Assembly (NCBI RefSeq): GCF_006345805.1
Contig: NC_042998.1
Span: forward strand, 108,872,001-108,936,000
Reading direction: 5' to 3'
Origin: Octopus sinensis
Taxonomy: Eukaryota
DNA: 64,000 nt
The notes beneath the pieces are model-generated. The model was given only the letters and a program-made list of their open reading frames with translations, was not told the DNA's origin and ran no database searches. This document shows, in pieces, positions 37,849-52,000 of this stretch; position 1 is the first letter of the stretch, and each line of letters opens with the position of its first letter. Both the position numbers and the translations under genes were made by a program.

Positions 37849-38790
37849 CTATTGTATATTTTTTTCTGATGAAGTGCTAGTGTCCAAAAAGACATGAATT
37901 TTCCTCACAATTGTGAACCCGACGCTCTAGCCACTGAGCCATGTGCCATCCCATACACACACACACACATTTATATATATATTAATCATTGTCACGTTCG
38001 TTCCTAATCTTCGGGTTTCCACACATGAATGTCAGGCATCGAGACTCTATAAATAAAACATTTAGAGAGCTTGAAATACCCATTTGCCTAGTAAAACGTC
38101 TAAAAAATATTGGATGATTTTCTTAAAAATTCAGGTGACTTTGAATTACACTAATTTCTATTGTGGCATGTTATAGATGACAAAATAAGGGTTGATGAAC
38201 CACAACAAACACATCAGGTTTACAGAAACCAGTAAAATATTCTAGCACACTCTTAGAATTAATGAAAGTTTTAGTGCAGAGAGAAACCAACTAATCATCT
38301 GCCAAGCCGAGATGCATTATCTTCTGTGTAGGACTATATTTCAAATAGAATAGAAGTTAAAATGACGCATATTAATTAAAATATATTACTTTCGATAAAA
38401 GTCTCAGGCGAAAGTAATCATACTAGATTGTAATTAAGATTCTTTAAACTGAATGTCTGTCACATTTATACTGACCCTGTTTCAATATGTGAAGTAACGC
38501 ATTTAACACATAAAACATCCATGAATTATTTTGGCTAGACTGAAAATAATTTTCTGTAAAGTAGCTGATTGGCAAAAAAATATTAGATTATAAAACTGAA
38601 TTTAATGTGCTGCTAAGAATAGAAGATAAATTTGATCCTAGTATAACATGATGACAGAAATCAGCCAAGCCGACTTGATCTCTATCTCTCTATGAGCATT
38701 GATAAAATACATGTTATTGAAACCAAAATGAATTAGTTTCTTAAATGAGACATAAGAACAGCGATATCAAGGAAAGTTAATTACTCGCAG

Positions 38791-38859
38791 ATATTTATAA
38801 CTTTACTTAAAAGCTTTAAAAGCCTCGGCGAAGATAAGTTAATTAAATTATTAATCAAG
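38791..38859 (+). CDS. Candidate internal coding exon (IFITLLKSFKSLGEDKLIKLLIK), product unknown
   Basis: Acceptor TTACTCGCAG, canonical donor AAG|GTAAGT, 69 nt, phase 0-0, open and amphipathic-helix-like. Confidence 0.3.
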
Positions 38860-38959
38860 GTAAGTCGAACATTTTCATGGGACGGCACGGGACAATACAA
38901 TGTGGAGTTACATAGAAAGGCTAGTAAAACAGTAAAAAAAAGCAGTAACAATATAAAGT

Positions 38960-41030
38960 TATAACAATGTCCACACTGTCACATTCAGGAAATCAAGTGA
39001 GTACCTGTTAAACGTTTGAGCAGGTTTGCGAGGCGTTTACACACAATCTAACAGCTAGTTCCACACAATCCAAACGGGCGTCCAAGATGGTGATCCAGTC
39101 ACCCATTACCGTTACAGATCGAGACGCTCTCAGGAAAACATTCAGATGTCTGAAGAAATCTGGTTGTTCTACCCTTGTAGAAGCATAAACAGACACCAAT
39201 GTGATCCCCACCCCAGTCACTACTGCTCATATTCAGGATCACCAACTTAATTTCTGGGTCCAGGAAGATAGTCCTTATCTTGAGATCCAGACCACTTCGG
39301 ATTAACACCACAGTTCCATCCTTCATTTCCGGTTGACATGGAGATAATTCATTCTCGGATCCAACGGAAACGGGCATGAAAGCTCGTCGGTTGGAGAGTC
39401 TGATTTAACTGACAGCCCCTACATCTAAATTTAGAAGCTTGAGGTCATTCAGTAGGTGACCCTCTTTCCAAGGCGACCCCCGGTTACATGTATTTCTACT
39501 ATTTTGAGCAAGGCCATGTTTTTCAGAAAGGATAATGAAGAGAATCACTTATTCCATTTCTGTGGAGTGCCAGATGTTATGCCTGGGCTATTTGTAGGTG
39601 TTGCACAAGCATTTCTTTTCTTTGTAGAGTCTTTCATTTATGGTCTCGCGAAGAATTACCATTCTTTGGAATAGTTTATTTTTAGTTTGTTGTAAGTTAC
39701 TTGTGTTGTTTTTGTATTTTTTATGTGAACAGGGGTGTTTTGTAGGAGGCGCTGTATTCATTTATAGTGATGTCTGTGCATTTTTGAATATGTTTTATCA
39801 AGGACTTTTTGTTTGTGTCTATGACCGTATAACTGACGATCCCTTGTGGGTGCTGCTCATATTGTTGATCTGGAATGCTATGTTTACGTTTGTTGAGGCA
39901 TTTGCAATGTTGGTGATGTTTGTAGTGTTGGTGATGTTTGTAAATGCGTTGGTGTAGGTTGTGTGGGTGTGTGATGACTTGCTGCTTTGTGTGTCTCCTT
40001 CTCTAATATTTTTGATTTTAGTCTTGTACCGTGCTTTTCATTTTGAATTTTTTTCTCTTTTCCTTTCACCAAGTTCCGTTCTGGTATGTTTTCAAGACTG
40101 AACTCGCTAGACGAGTTTCCGCAGTGGGGAAATGTGGCGAGGAAGAAGTATGTCTGCACAGTCGCGCACTTCTAAGCTGGAAGTCTGGTCGACTGGTGTG
40201 AGTTAGGTTTCTCTTGGTAGCGATAGTGTAGATGTTTTAGCTTTCCTCAGATGTAGAACCGGTGCTTGCTGCTGATGTTGTTGAATGAATTTGTCCTGCT
40301 GCTGTTTGGTTTTGGATAGTGCTGCTACTATTTTTGTTGCTGTTGTTGTTGTGTTGTGAGTCTGTAGCAGCGTTTTTTCTTTTTCTTTTGATGTTTTGTT
40401 TCCCCACGATTGTGACAACTCGGTTTCTGCCCTCTACTGCTACAAATAACTGTTTCATTAGGTAGGTTGATTAGATGAGGCATGGTTTCAATACCTATAT
40501 AATAGGCATGTAAGGATAGTTCCATGCCCGTGCCTGATCAATTCTTCCTTCCCATTTTGTGGTCTTGCAGAATATTTTTGTCAAGACGGCTGCTGCAAGC
40601 TAAGACATGTCCACTTCTGGTGGAACCTCCTCTATCTTCATTTGGACAAACTTCCGACTGAGGTATGTCGGAATTAGCCCATAAGTCTTCACTTTGAAGG
40701 GTTTTATGGCATTTTATTTGGTTAATTCTTACCTCAACTGTACTAAGGCGTTTTCCACAGGTGACATAAGATTTTAAAGCCAAGACCGGTCTAAGGCACG
40801 TTTCGATGTGGGCCTACGTCGCTCGACCCAGACTGCTCGCCTCTAATGATATACAGTTATTTATAATGAATTTTTTTCTCAATCTCTTCTTGCATTTCCA
40901 CCGGCGTATTCAAGAAGACTGTCCTGCTATTCTTTAAGTGAAGGTTAGGTCGCTCAACATTTTTGTCAATTCTATTTTTTCCATTTTTCGACAAGCTTGA
41001 GCAAAACTCTTCCCATCTTCTTACGATAAA
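38960..41030 (-). mobile_element. Tx1/L1-like LINE 5' portion (ORF1 plus APE endonuclease), decayed, RT absent
   Basis: Endonuclease LVSVYASTRVEQPDFFRHL...VMGDWITILDARLD and GTVVLIRSGLDL; ORF1-like ..SSRGQKPSCHNRGETKH knuckle remnant. Confidence 0.75.
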
Positions 41031-41520
41031 AGAACAGCCGGTGTTGTCGTCTTATTAATGTTTGTGGTAGTGGTGGTGGGGTGGTGTTGCTGTTGGGGAT
41101 GGTGATGAAGGTCATGCTTGCGTCATTTTTAAATACATCATGTTTGTCGCTGCTGCTACTTCTTTCTTTGTTGCTGCTGCTGTCTGTGCTTCATTTTACG
41201 GCCACATCGACTAGTGGTGTGAAAACAATGTCATAGCAGCTATTCGAACAGCTGCCACTTCCCTCGATTTGGGAAGCCATATTGATATTTTTGTTTTAAA
41301 ATATTGAATTTACAATATTGAATTTCAAAATTCGCCCTGTATGAGAAAATTCCCGACACACCAGCAGGTCCCGCTTGCAGCGAAGTCGAGTTATTTCAAC
41401 GAAACTTGGAATGCCAACAAATAGAACAACAAATTTTAAAGAAAACTTACGAGCCACGAATACGCATCATCTTGCTCCAGACACAAATAACGACGACAAC
41501 AACAACAATAATAATTATAA

Positions 41521-42472
41521 ATTTGCCAGGATACAGTACTAGGCAGTGGCTCTCATGACTTCTGATCTTAACTGATTGGAAGTGTTATCATATGCATGTT
41601 TTATTTTGGTATAAAAGATGAGCTACAGCAAATATTATGCTCAATACCGCAGATTTGCTTGTCAGTTAGTTGCTTGACCTTAACTAACTGAGCACATCCC
41701 TTGGTGGCTGACAATATGTGCATCTCTGATCACGTGCAGGTGTAGTGTAGGAGCATAATAGCCATGTTCCAAGTGGAATCTGTGGTGGGTTGAATAATTC
41801 ACCTTTGGAAACATGGATGTTTCGTTCAACATCTTTAAACAACCCTTATTCAGAAACATATTGAGCAGGATGGCCTACTCAAAAATTCTAACTGGGCCCT
41901 ACCTGATAGGTCATGCGCTGTTCATCTTGATACGAAATCACCATGTTGTGCACATATGGTTGTGATGCATATGCCTGGTGTACCCTTATCAGGCGGTTAG
42001 TTATGATGGGTATATTGGGTTTCGCATATTTGTAACCCAGTGTCGTGAAGGCGCAATGGCCCAGTGGTTAGGGCAGCGGACTCGCGGTCGTAGGATCGCG
42101 GTTTCGATTCCCAGACCGGGCGTTGTGAGTGTTTATTGAGCGAAAGCACCTAAAGCTCCACGAGGCTCCGGCAGGGATGGTGGCGATCCCTGCTGTACTC
42201 TTTCACCACAACTTTCTCTCACGCTTACTTCCTGTTTCTGTTGTACCTGTATTTCAAAGAGCCGGCCTTGTCACTCTGTGTGTCACGCTGAATATCCCTG
42301 AAAACTACGTTAAGGGTACACGTGTCTGTGGAGTGCTCAGCCACTTACACGTTAATTTCACGAGCAGGCTGTTCCGTTGATTCGGATCAACTGGAACCCT
42401 CGTCGTCGTAACCGACAGAGTGCTCCTACCTAACCCAGTGTCACTTTGATGGCATGCACTGCTCTCTCACTC
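41521..42472 (+). mobile_element. ~560-bp (AAT)-tailed element (copy 2) interrupted by a SINE
   Basis: Colinear with 10-565 once 42045-42442 (SINE plus one TSD copy) is removed. Confidence 0.85.
42045..42430 (+). mobile_element. Full-length tRNA-derived SINE with a 12-bp TSD
   Basis: A box TGGCCCAGTGG and B box GTTTCGATTCCC; TSD TAACCCAGTGTC at 42033-42044 and 42431-42442. Confidence 0.92.
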
Positions 42473-42621
42473 TATAATAATAATAATGATAATAATAAAA
42501 ATAATAATAATAATTCTTTCTACAATAGGAACAAGGCCTGGAATTTGAGTGGAAGGGGATAGTTGATTACATTGACCCCAATACTTGACTGGTACTCAGA
42601 ACGTAGCGAGAGACAAAATAC

Positions 42622-42855
42622 ATATTTCTTTACTACCCACAAGGGGCTAAACACAGAGGGGACAAACAAGGACAGACAAACGGATTAATTCGATTACATC
42701 GACCCCAGTGCGTAACTGGTACTTAATTTATCGACCCCAAAAGAATGAAAGGCAAAGTCGACCTCGGCGGAATTTGAACTCAGAACGTAACGGCAGACGA
42801 AATACGGCTACGCATTTCGCTCGGCGTGCTAACGTTTCTGCCAGCTCGCCGCCTT
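42622..42855 (-). mobile_element. tRNA-derived SINE
   Basis: Same family as 18720 and 26278. Confidence 0.88.
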
Positions 42856-42893
42856 CCTAATAGTAATAATAATAATAATATAATAATAATAAT

Positions 42894-43187
42894 ACCTGGA
42901 AATAGAGTTAACTAGAATGTGGAATCTAAAAACAGAAACAATTCCTATCATAGTAAGTGCATTAGGCATGATAAAAAATATTCAGACAAATACATAACAA
43001 AACACCAGGACTTACACATATAACATACATAAAATTGCACTATTAGGCACTGCACACATCCTACGCAGAACACCTTCAATACAGTAACCATCAGAGCATC
43101 ACAACAAATCACAGCACATACCCAAGGCACACAGAGCTTCACTCGGTAGTGAAGTGAAACACGTTATAAAAATAAAACTACTGAATG

Positions 43188-43235
<48 letters not shown>

Positions 43236-43544
43236 TAATAATAATAATAATAATACCTGGAAATAGAGTTAACTAGAATGTGGAATCTAAAAACAGAAAC
43301 AATTCCTATCATAGTAAGTGCATTAGGCATGATAAAAAATATTCAGACAAATACATAACAAAACACCAGGACTTACACATATAACATACATAAAATTGCA
43401 CTATTAGGCACTGCACACATCCTACGCAGAACACCTTCAATACAGTAACCATCAGAGCATCACAACAAATCACAGCACATACCCAAGGCACACAGAGCTT
43501 CACTCGGTAGTGAAGTGAAACACGTTATAAAAATAAAACTACTG
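42894..43544 (+). mobile_element. Two identical head-to-tail 3' fragments of the R4/Dong-like LINE (42894-43183, 43255-43544)
   Basis: Match 9002-9297; 361-bp period (identical ORFs at 42948 and 43309); separated and followed by (AAT)n. Confidence 0.92.
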
Positions 43545-43548
43545 AATG

Positions 43549-43616
<68 letters not shown>

Positions 43617-44663
43617 CTCATTTATTTTATTTTAACATATCTTACTGCCAGGAAACAGTTTTAGACTGAACTACAAATTCTTAAATGCCAGTTTTATTAT
43701 TTACACACGAGTAAATAAGTTAAGTAAAAATATATTCCTTCTCAATTTTTTCCTCTGGATGTTGGTAAAGATGTCATACTCGGACTGTACATCGGATTTA
43801 TTTAAAAGCTTTGATACTTACTTTCTACACCAGTTTTAATTAATGTGATCTTGTTCCAATCAATATTTCTCAATTTCGAGTAATATCTTTACTTATTCAC
43901 TCGATAGTCAACACTATTTCGATGGTGTATAAAGTTCTTTAAACTATTTGTTTTCTCGTACTTGGCACGATTTATTAGCAGTGTCATCTATGTTCTTACT
44001 GCTGCTATCTTACTATCATTCTTGCGTGTTACTCACTTTAGAAACAACTTGGCATCATACTTTCAAGCGATCAGATATCAAATATTTGTTCATTTTTTTT
44101 CTACTCCAAATCAATATTTATGTTTTAACGTAACGAATTGAGTTACTGAGGTTTCAAATCTCCCAGAGGTCACTTCCTCATAAGAGAAGCAGATTTACCG
44201 TATCGCATTCGAGTAATCAATATATATAGGAAGAATTCGGTGATACTACTTGCATTTGAAACACGTGTTCAGGCGTTTATTTGAAGAACGCCATCGTGTT
44301 TGAGGTATTTACCAATCTAAAAGATTTGTGTCGAATTCTGTTCTCTTAATATCGTTGATACTGTTTCTCCAGTTATTTTCTTGCTCGTCGCCGAGCTGTC
44401 TATTCTCTGTCTGTCTGTCTGCCTCTTTCCTTCTTTGTATGTGTGTATGTGTGTGCATGTGTGTGTGTGCGAATGTGTGTGCGAATGTGTGTGCGCATTC
44501 ACATATACCAGACTATCTGCCCGTACACGCCTACTTGACGGAGTTCGATCACACTTTCTTTTTTCCTTCTACCTCTCCATGTCTTTCTCTTCATCACGCT
44601 GTCGTCATACACACATATATAAAGACGCATTCCTATATATATACATGCATTCATATATATATT

Positions 44664-44732
<69 letters not shown>

Positions 44733-44746
44733 CACTATCTACATTA

Positions 44747-44961
44747 TCTCTATATCTAAATGGCAAAATATCTGTGTGTCTGTGTGTCTTTTATACAAGT
44801 CCACAGTTTTTCACGTAAAAGGCTCGCATTTTCTATGGGCTTACAAAACTGTCTGAGGGTGGTCGTGAAGACCTTTTCATTTCCCCAGTCAACTCAGAAA
44901 GCCATAAAAAATCGGTAATCCGACTAGCACTAGACCCGGCAACGCCGGGTCATAGTGCTAG
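44747..44961 (+). mobile_element. Non-autonomous Helitron
   Basis: A|TC start, perfect GACCCGGC-AAC-GCCGGGTC hairpin and terminal CTAG|T. Confidence 0.8.
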
Positions 44962-45454
44962 TGTTTAACAACAATAATTTTTTACCCGCTGAGTCGATGT
45001 TGAATTGTGAAAACAGTTGAATTCTCTACACAATATGTAGAGAAACAGGTGTATGAAAATTAGCTCAAGATGAACATCGTTTTGCTTATTAGACATAATG
45101 CAATTGCAATGAAGAACTCGAATCTTCAATCATCGAAGTAATAAATAAGGATGCCGGCAAAATAGTTTAAATATTATAGCAGTATTCAGTCTGGGCCGAA
45201 CTCTTAAATGTACTTCAAGGGAAGTTATTGCCAAAACGACTGTTGAATTTGGAAGACGAAGATTGGTAATACTTATTGTTAGAGAAAATGTGTATCCTTG
45301 TTGCTCACAAATGGTCATCGTTTATGAACGCTTTTTCTTCTTAAGCACACAGATTATTCTTAAATAGTGATTGTATGATGCTCAAGCTTCCAAAGAAATT
45401 AACGCACAGACACAAAATGCATTCACGCGCACATCATGCACTTACACATCTACA

Positions 45455-45490
<36 letters not shown>

Positions 45491-46229
45491 CACACACAAG
45501 CATACACACGCGCGCATGCACACACAAACACACTCGCACACATAAACACAGACACACCAACATATATCACTCACTTACATGCACACATGTTATCACTAAA
45601 GTAAATACTTGATTGCTCTCTGATACAGGATAGCTTAATCATGTTTAGATATTGGGAGTACAGTAAAACCTCGTGGAGAATGGAAAGCCCTAAAACCACC
45701 CTCTGCTCACTTATAAATAGTCTTTTGTTGGAAAGTTCTAGTAGAAACTTAGCTTATATAAACCTCAGGTCGTATTACTTTTGTGTGTTCTACATATTTC
45801 ACAAGGGACAATTACATAATGACATACATCTTAAAAACGATCACTTCGAACTTTTATGTAAGCTGGCGTTGAAATCAGAGTTGGTACAGAAACAATTGTA
45901 ACTGGTCATTAAAGATGTGTTGACATATTTCTTTGTCTTATTCTTTGGATTATATTTTACTCTTTTCTAAACCTACATTACGTAATCTTCTCTAAACCTA
46001 CATAATGAAACCAAGATTTTCTAAACCTGAAGAATTTCGATATTAATCTGCAATCTGAGAGTGTTGATAGCCCGGAGCTTGGGTTGAGTGCTGAATTGAA
46101 AATATCTTTTCTTTCTACCCTACCGGGACCTGATATAAATGTGCGTGCATGTGTGTGTGCGTGCGTGTGTGTGTGTGTTGTGTGTGTGTGTGTGTGTGTG
46201 TGTGTACCTATGTATGCACGTACGACTCT

Positions 46230-46720
46230 GACTTATCAACTAAATTCAGCTAGCGAGATCTGCAGCCATGCTGGAGCACCACCGTTAGCTTTGCTAATCA
46301 TTCAGTAATTTAAACCTCTTCTGATATGTGGCATTTGGTGAATGAGGTGGTTTCATGCTGCTGCCCTCAACAGCCTTTTCTGTCGTGAAGTAAGCTCATC
46401 AGGACTCTTGACAGGAGATCCTGCTTTATTTTGAAGACACATACATCCACCCTATACTCATCTCTCAGGCTATTTCGGAGGATATCGAAGCGCTGTTGAC
46501 CCTTGAAAGCCAAGCTGTTGCAGTATCTGGTCCTGCAACTCGAGACCGTTTGGCACGGTGCAGTGGTGCCCCGTTCTGTTGTTCATGCAACTTTCAATGC
46601 AAAAGTTTCGTACCAGTCCTTCAAGGTCAGCACTACGACTATGAGTCTATTCGTTCCTCCGCAGAACGTCGATCCTTGAGATACCTCACTGTATTAATTC
46701 CAAAACTCTCGAACGACTAG
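46230..46720 (-). mobile_element. CR1/L2-like LINE 3' fragment
   Basis: Reverse complement is homologous to 23250-23590 (RYCNSLAF...RVLMSLLHD..., CATGCTGGAGCACC region). Confidence 0.75.
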
Positions 46721-48445
46721 CGAAGGCTATGGGCAAAGCCCTTCTTTCAGATAAAACCATGACTAATATGCACAAAACCAAGCCAGCTAAAATAACTAAT
46801 GACTTCTGAAAGCAGTATTGTTTTTCTATCATATTTCACTCAAAATTTCAGACATTGAATTAAAAGAAATATAACAAATAACAGTAGCCAGCCGAGATTA
46901 GCCTTTCTTTTATGAATGTATTTATTTGTGAAGTACCAGTTATATGCTGAAGTCTTAAATTAGTTTGTTCTTTTGAATAATACATATACAAATATTATAT
47001 TTGGTTATGAAAGTCCAATGTGTAATGATACCTTGAAACAGAATATAACAATTGGTTGAGAATAATTCCACCGAAACCTTCCATAAATAAAGATAGTAAG
47101 TTAATTTTAACGAAAATAGTAATTTAATACGAGAGAGAAATGGAGTGAGTGGAATACCATTATTGAGTAAAGCAATTTCGGCTGATATGTAGCTTGACTT
47201 TAAAGAATAACGATCGATTTTTCAGTTGCATGATCGATCAAATTCATAGAAAAATATGTCAACAAATACCTCTGGGGTGTTCCCAACAAATAAATCATCA
47301 TTAATATTGACTAACGAATTAAGGCAATCTATCTTCCCATATTGCACGAAGAATATTACAAAATATTTTAAGGCATTCCTCCACGAAGAGATATAACAGC
47401 GAGATTATCTAAAATGCAATCTTAGAAAACACCGTATCAACCAATGAAAAGTATACAAATGATATGCAACATCACACACAAAGAGCTCTACAAACACATA
47501 TATATGTATGTGTGTGTGTGTGTATGCGTGTTATGTATTAAACAATGACCAAATGAATATAGTCTACATAAACAAATATTTCTTATTTAGCTTTGTAACG
47601 ATCTTGTAGCTTCAGGTGAATAACATAACACATTAGGAAAATTTAGAAATAGATTTCAGCAATTTCGGTGAAGGTAGAACTACACTTGTTTTCTCAGTGA
47701 GATTTTTCATATAATACTCAATATCTATAAAAATCATAAGATGGTATAACAGAAATTTGTCAGTTAAAAAAACTAGCTTAGCATATTGGTTATTATAAAG
47801 ATGGTAAGGATGTAATCATAATTAAGTATCTTAGAATATAGCAATGAATGTTCATAGCTGCTTGATTATATCAATGGAAATAATTTAATAAGTTTTGAAT
47901 TATACAAAATAAAACTGACTTTTTTTAATTAAAATATTTCCGAGGAAGTGTAAGCATATGTGGAATATATTATTATTATGAGTAAAATACTACATAAAAA
48001 TTAGGAGTTAGAATGAAAAAACATCCATATTTGATATATTAATCATAACTGAATGGCAGGCAGCTAAGTTGATGTATTGTTCCTAAATCAGATAAATACT
48101 TAACTATTTAGATCATATCACGAGCATTGTATTACTTTCATAAGCAATGAGCTGAATATCCACGCTCAGTAACTCATTTGTAAGTATATATATTCTATAT
48201 ATGGTCAGGTCGCTCCTAGCGCTACTTGTAACATGTAACCCAGTACATATATCTATATATGGTCAGCTTGCACTTCAGCGCTACTGGTTAAATGTAACCC
48301 AGTACAGCCAGCCATATGGTCGGTTCGTCGAAGACTAAACTGGCAACCCCATCAAGCTTGCTTTGTGAGAAGAGTGATTGTTGGAAGATCGAGATACATG
48401 GGGAAAATGTGTGAAAACAGTCTTGAGGCGTCCTGTGGGACGACC

Positions 48446-48556
<111 letters not shown>

Positions 48557-51500
48557 GTAGATAGATAGATAGATATGAATGTGAATCGCTGTATGTTCAC
48601 CTTGCTTTCGGGAACTTAAAAAGGAAACCTGCCACAACCTCATAGAAAAAGTTCGAATAAAACAAATTTTGGCAAAAAGCGGGAAGATCTACCGCAAACT
48701 ACAATCTATTCTTAGTAAAAACAAAAACTAAAAGTGATGTAGAAAGACAGTAGTCTCAAATGGCATGAAGTTGTCACTCTTTCATTCATTCTTCTCCCAT
48801 CATTCTGTCCGTCAGGAAAACTGAAATACAAAGTGATAGAGAAAGAGACGCTTCAGTTTACTTTTGGCTTCTATCTCGTATTAACCTTTCAAACTTTGTT
48901 TTCTGTATTTTTCTGTCTCTTTCTCTCTCTCTTTGCTCTCTCGTTCTCTTTGCTCTCCCTCTCTCTCTCTCTCTCTCTCTCTGGCACATTGGAAAAGTTA
49001 GAGAGACACAACACGAGACACATACACAAGTAAAGAAACATAGAGAAATGAGGAAGGATGATGATAGTGGTGATGGTTTGAAACTGGGTGAACACAGACA
49101 ACTGTCATTATCTCTTACAGCTTCCCTTTGTATTAAATGAGCGCAAATCCCCACCCCATTACTTTGGTCTCTAAATTTCTAACGGTGTGTATTTAGAAGA
49201 TTCCACGATCGCCACTAATCCCTTCATCAATATATTTCGATGGATGTATAAGTAGATATGGTTAGCAGAAACAAAGGCACACTTTGTTGCAAATAACTTC
49301 ATGAGTCAATTTTCAAGAATATTCAAACCCGACTCTTTCTGTAGTGTTTCTTCCGTACAACATGTATCTTCATTATGCACATAAGTATCCATGTATATAA
49401 TGTGACCTCTGCATTAATACTCAGGTATTACCATGTACTTCTGCTTGTCTCCTATAAATATGAGTCATTGTGTCTGCAAAAAATAATCAATAAATACAAT
49501 AGATCAAAATAAAGTTGTGTAAGTTGCCATATAACATTTTACCGACTAATGTTATTGATTGTGCAATAAAGGGCATAAATATTCTGCAATGCCCATGATT
49601 ACAAACGCTAAAGGTGAAAAATTAGAAGAGAAGTACCATTGATAAGTTTGAAAAGAAGATTTTATATAGTTCGGTATATGAAACATGATGCGATTTCTAT
49701 GCAACCTCGAGGCAACGTTTTCAACCTCGAAAGAGGTTAGTTAGTCTTCATTCTAAAATATAACATTGATCACTGCTTTCTGCATTCTCTTTGAAGAAAT
49801 GAAAAGAAAAAAAGACATTTTAATGAGGAGACATTAGATACGAGACATACGAAGATATAGCATTTTCACCGTTTCAGATGAAATAACTTTACTTAAATTG
49901 AAGAAGTAGAAATCAAACGACATCTCTACAAGAATGTTGTAGAGTGACATGAAAGATTGTCCAAAAATGTCAAAATATATTTTAATCAAATGAAAACTTA
50001 ATGTTTCTATTGTAAATTCATTAATTTAATTAAAGTTTCAGATAAAACTAAAATTAAGAATTACTTATTAGAAATTTTGAATATTACTTTACATTCAAAT
50101 TGCAGAACCTAAATATCCTTAGAAATTTAGGTTGACACCTTCTTTAATTTAATTAGGGTTTTTCCTCACTTACTTGATGTACATATATTTCATAACAAAA
50201 GTGAATAACTAATCATCATGTCTTATTTTACATTTTCTGTTTTATATACCCCATCTGCTACACTAATAGCAATTGAATCAAAGATAATTGTTTAAGACAG
50301 ATCACACTTTAAAAATCAACAGGAATGAAACCATTGTAAATATCGACTTTTATAGACCGACGAGAAAAGAGAATAGACGAGCAAATCACTTTCTGTTAGC
50401 AATTAGTTCAATGCACGTATTTCGTCTTTTGTCTAATGAAGACGAAGGTCAGTACAACTCTTTCGTTTCTGACGAACAAAATTAAAATTACAGCAGTGAC
50501 ATGATGAAATAGAAAATCTTAGAAATACAGATCGTTGGTTAGTATAATTTGCTTTAGCTTTATTCACACTATGGACTAATAATGCTTGGCTGTTCCCATT
50601 ATTTAATGAATCTTTTAAGATTTACTCATGAACAGACTTACTGGAATTTATTCATTCTTGATAATGGCTCTGATTACATTTCTTTTATTTGTCTTAGGTT
50701 TCATGCTCAGTAACCAATTCCTTACTTGCAGTCTGTTATCTCAAAGTTGGAAAACTTATGTAGCAACGTTTATTTAAAAAAATAGAAAAAAAACTTTAAA
50801 ACATCTCTTCTTGAGTTCTGATAATTCCTATTGCAAAATATTTCCGTCAGAATACAAAAACATAAGATATTTATTTTACGTCAGTTTATCGAATTAAATA
50901 CATATAGAAAAAGGAAATTAGTGTAAAAACAAAAGATAATTTCCACTTTCAACTGAAAATTTGAATATTTGGATTTACGTCTAAGACGTAAATCCATTGT
51001 TACATCAGTTTGTCATCCGCTTGATTGTTATTTAAAGATTATTTTCCTATGTGTTCATGCTAGCATTTCATAGTTGGTTACTTCTTTGTACTTCATTTGT
51101 TCAACATTTATTCACTCTAATATGTGCATTAAATAAAAATGCATGCATGCAACAGTGTATTTAAAGAACGTTCTACAAAATATAAGTAAACATGACGTTC
51201 TCTAATTTTCACAAAATTGTGTTCAAAAATGAAGCAAAAAACAAAAATAAAAACTCAAAACTAGTGGTGGCAGATCTCAGTCAGAAACATAAAATTTAAC
51301 TTATTGTGTCGAAGAAATGGAAATGGTCTCGTTACAAAACAGAAAGTACAAAGATTTTCTCTACTGATAGGTGTTTCAACAATCTTTAAAACTATAATCA
51401 TAAATAAAATCATACACTGATTCGGTTCTCGGTGCAACATAATTGGTTTCAGCTATATTGAGGGATCTGTAATGAATATTAAAAGGCGGTACTCTTTAGT

Positions 51501-51965
51501 ATCACACATCTATAAAATTAACGGTGCTTCTTTTCACTGAGTAAGATTTCGCAAAGGACACACCTTAATACCTAATGAAGATGATGTGACAAACACAAGA
51601 ACGTCATCATATATGCACACACACACACACACACACACCACACACACACACACACACACAAACAAACAATCTTTGTTTTTTCATCATTTCTCTTTCTGTA
51701 TATCTCCAACCACGTGTGTTCCCCCAATATCTTCTACCTTATATATATAATTTAACGTACACAGTATAAAGATACGAGCTACTAATAGTCTCCTGCTGTG
51801 GAAAAAGGAGTTTAGGTGTCTAGGTAGGTTTTCAAAGTACACCTTGTATCTCCAACCAATGTTGTGGCTGAGATATATGCTACGTTTGCTTCCTAACTAC
51901 ATCATGGTTCCGGGTTCAGTCCCACTAGGTGGCAACCTGGGCAAATAACTTCTAAAAGCCCTTCG

Positions 51966-52000
<35 letters not shown>

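Noticed and set aside
42045-42125. Possible tRNA genes (also 5405-5480)
   Set aside because: A/B boxes continue into a SINE body, with a TSD at the 42045 copy and no complete cloverleaf evident.
44328-44690. Signal-peptide-like ORF (also 32458-32739)
   Set aside because: Hydrophobicity arises from T-rich and simple-repeat composition; no supporting domain or exon structure.
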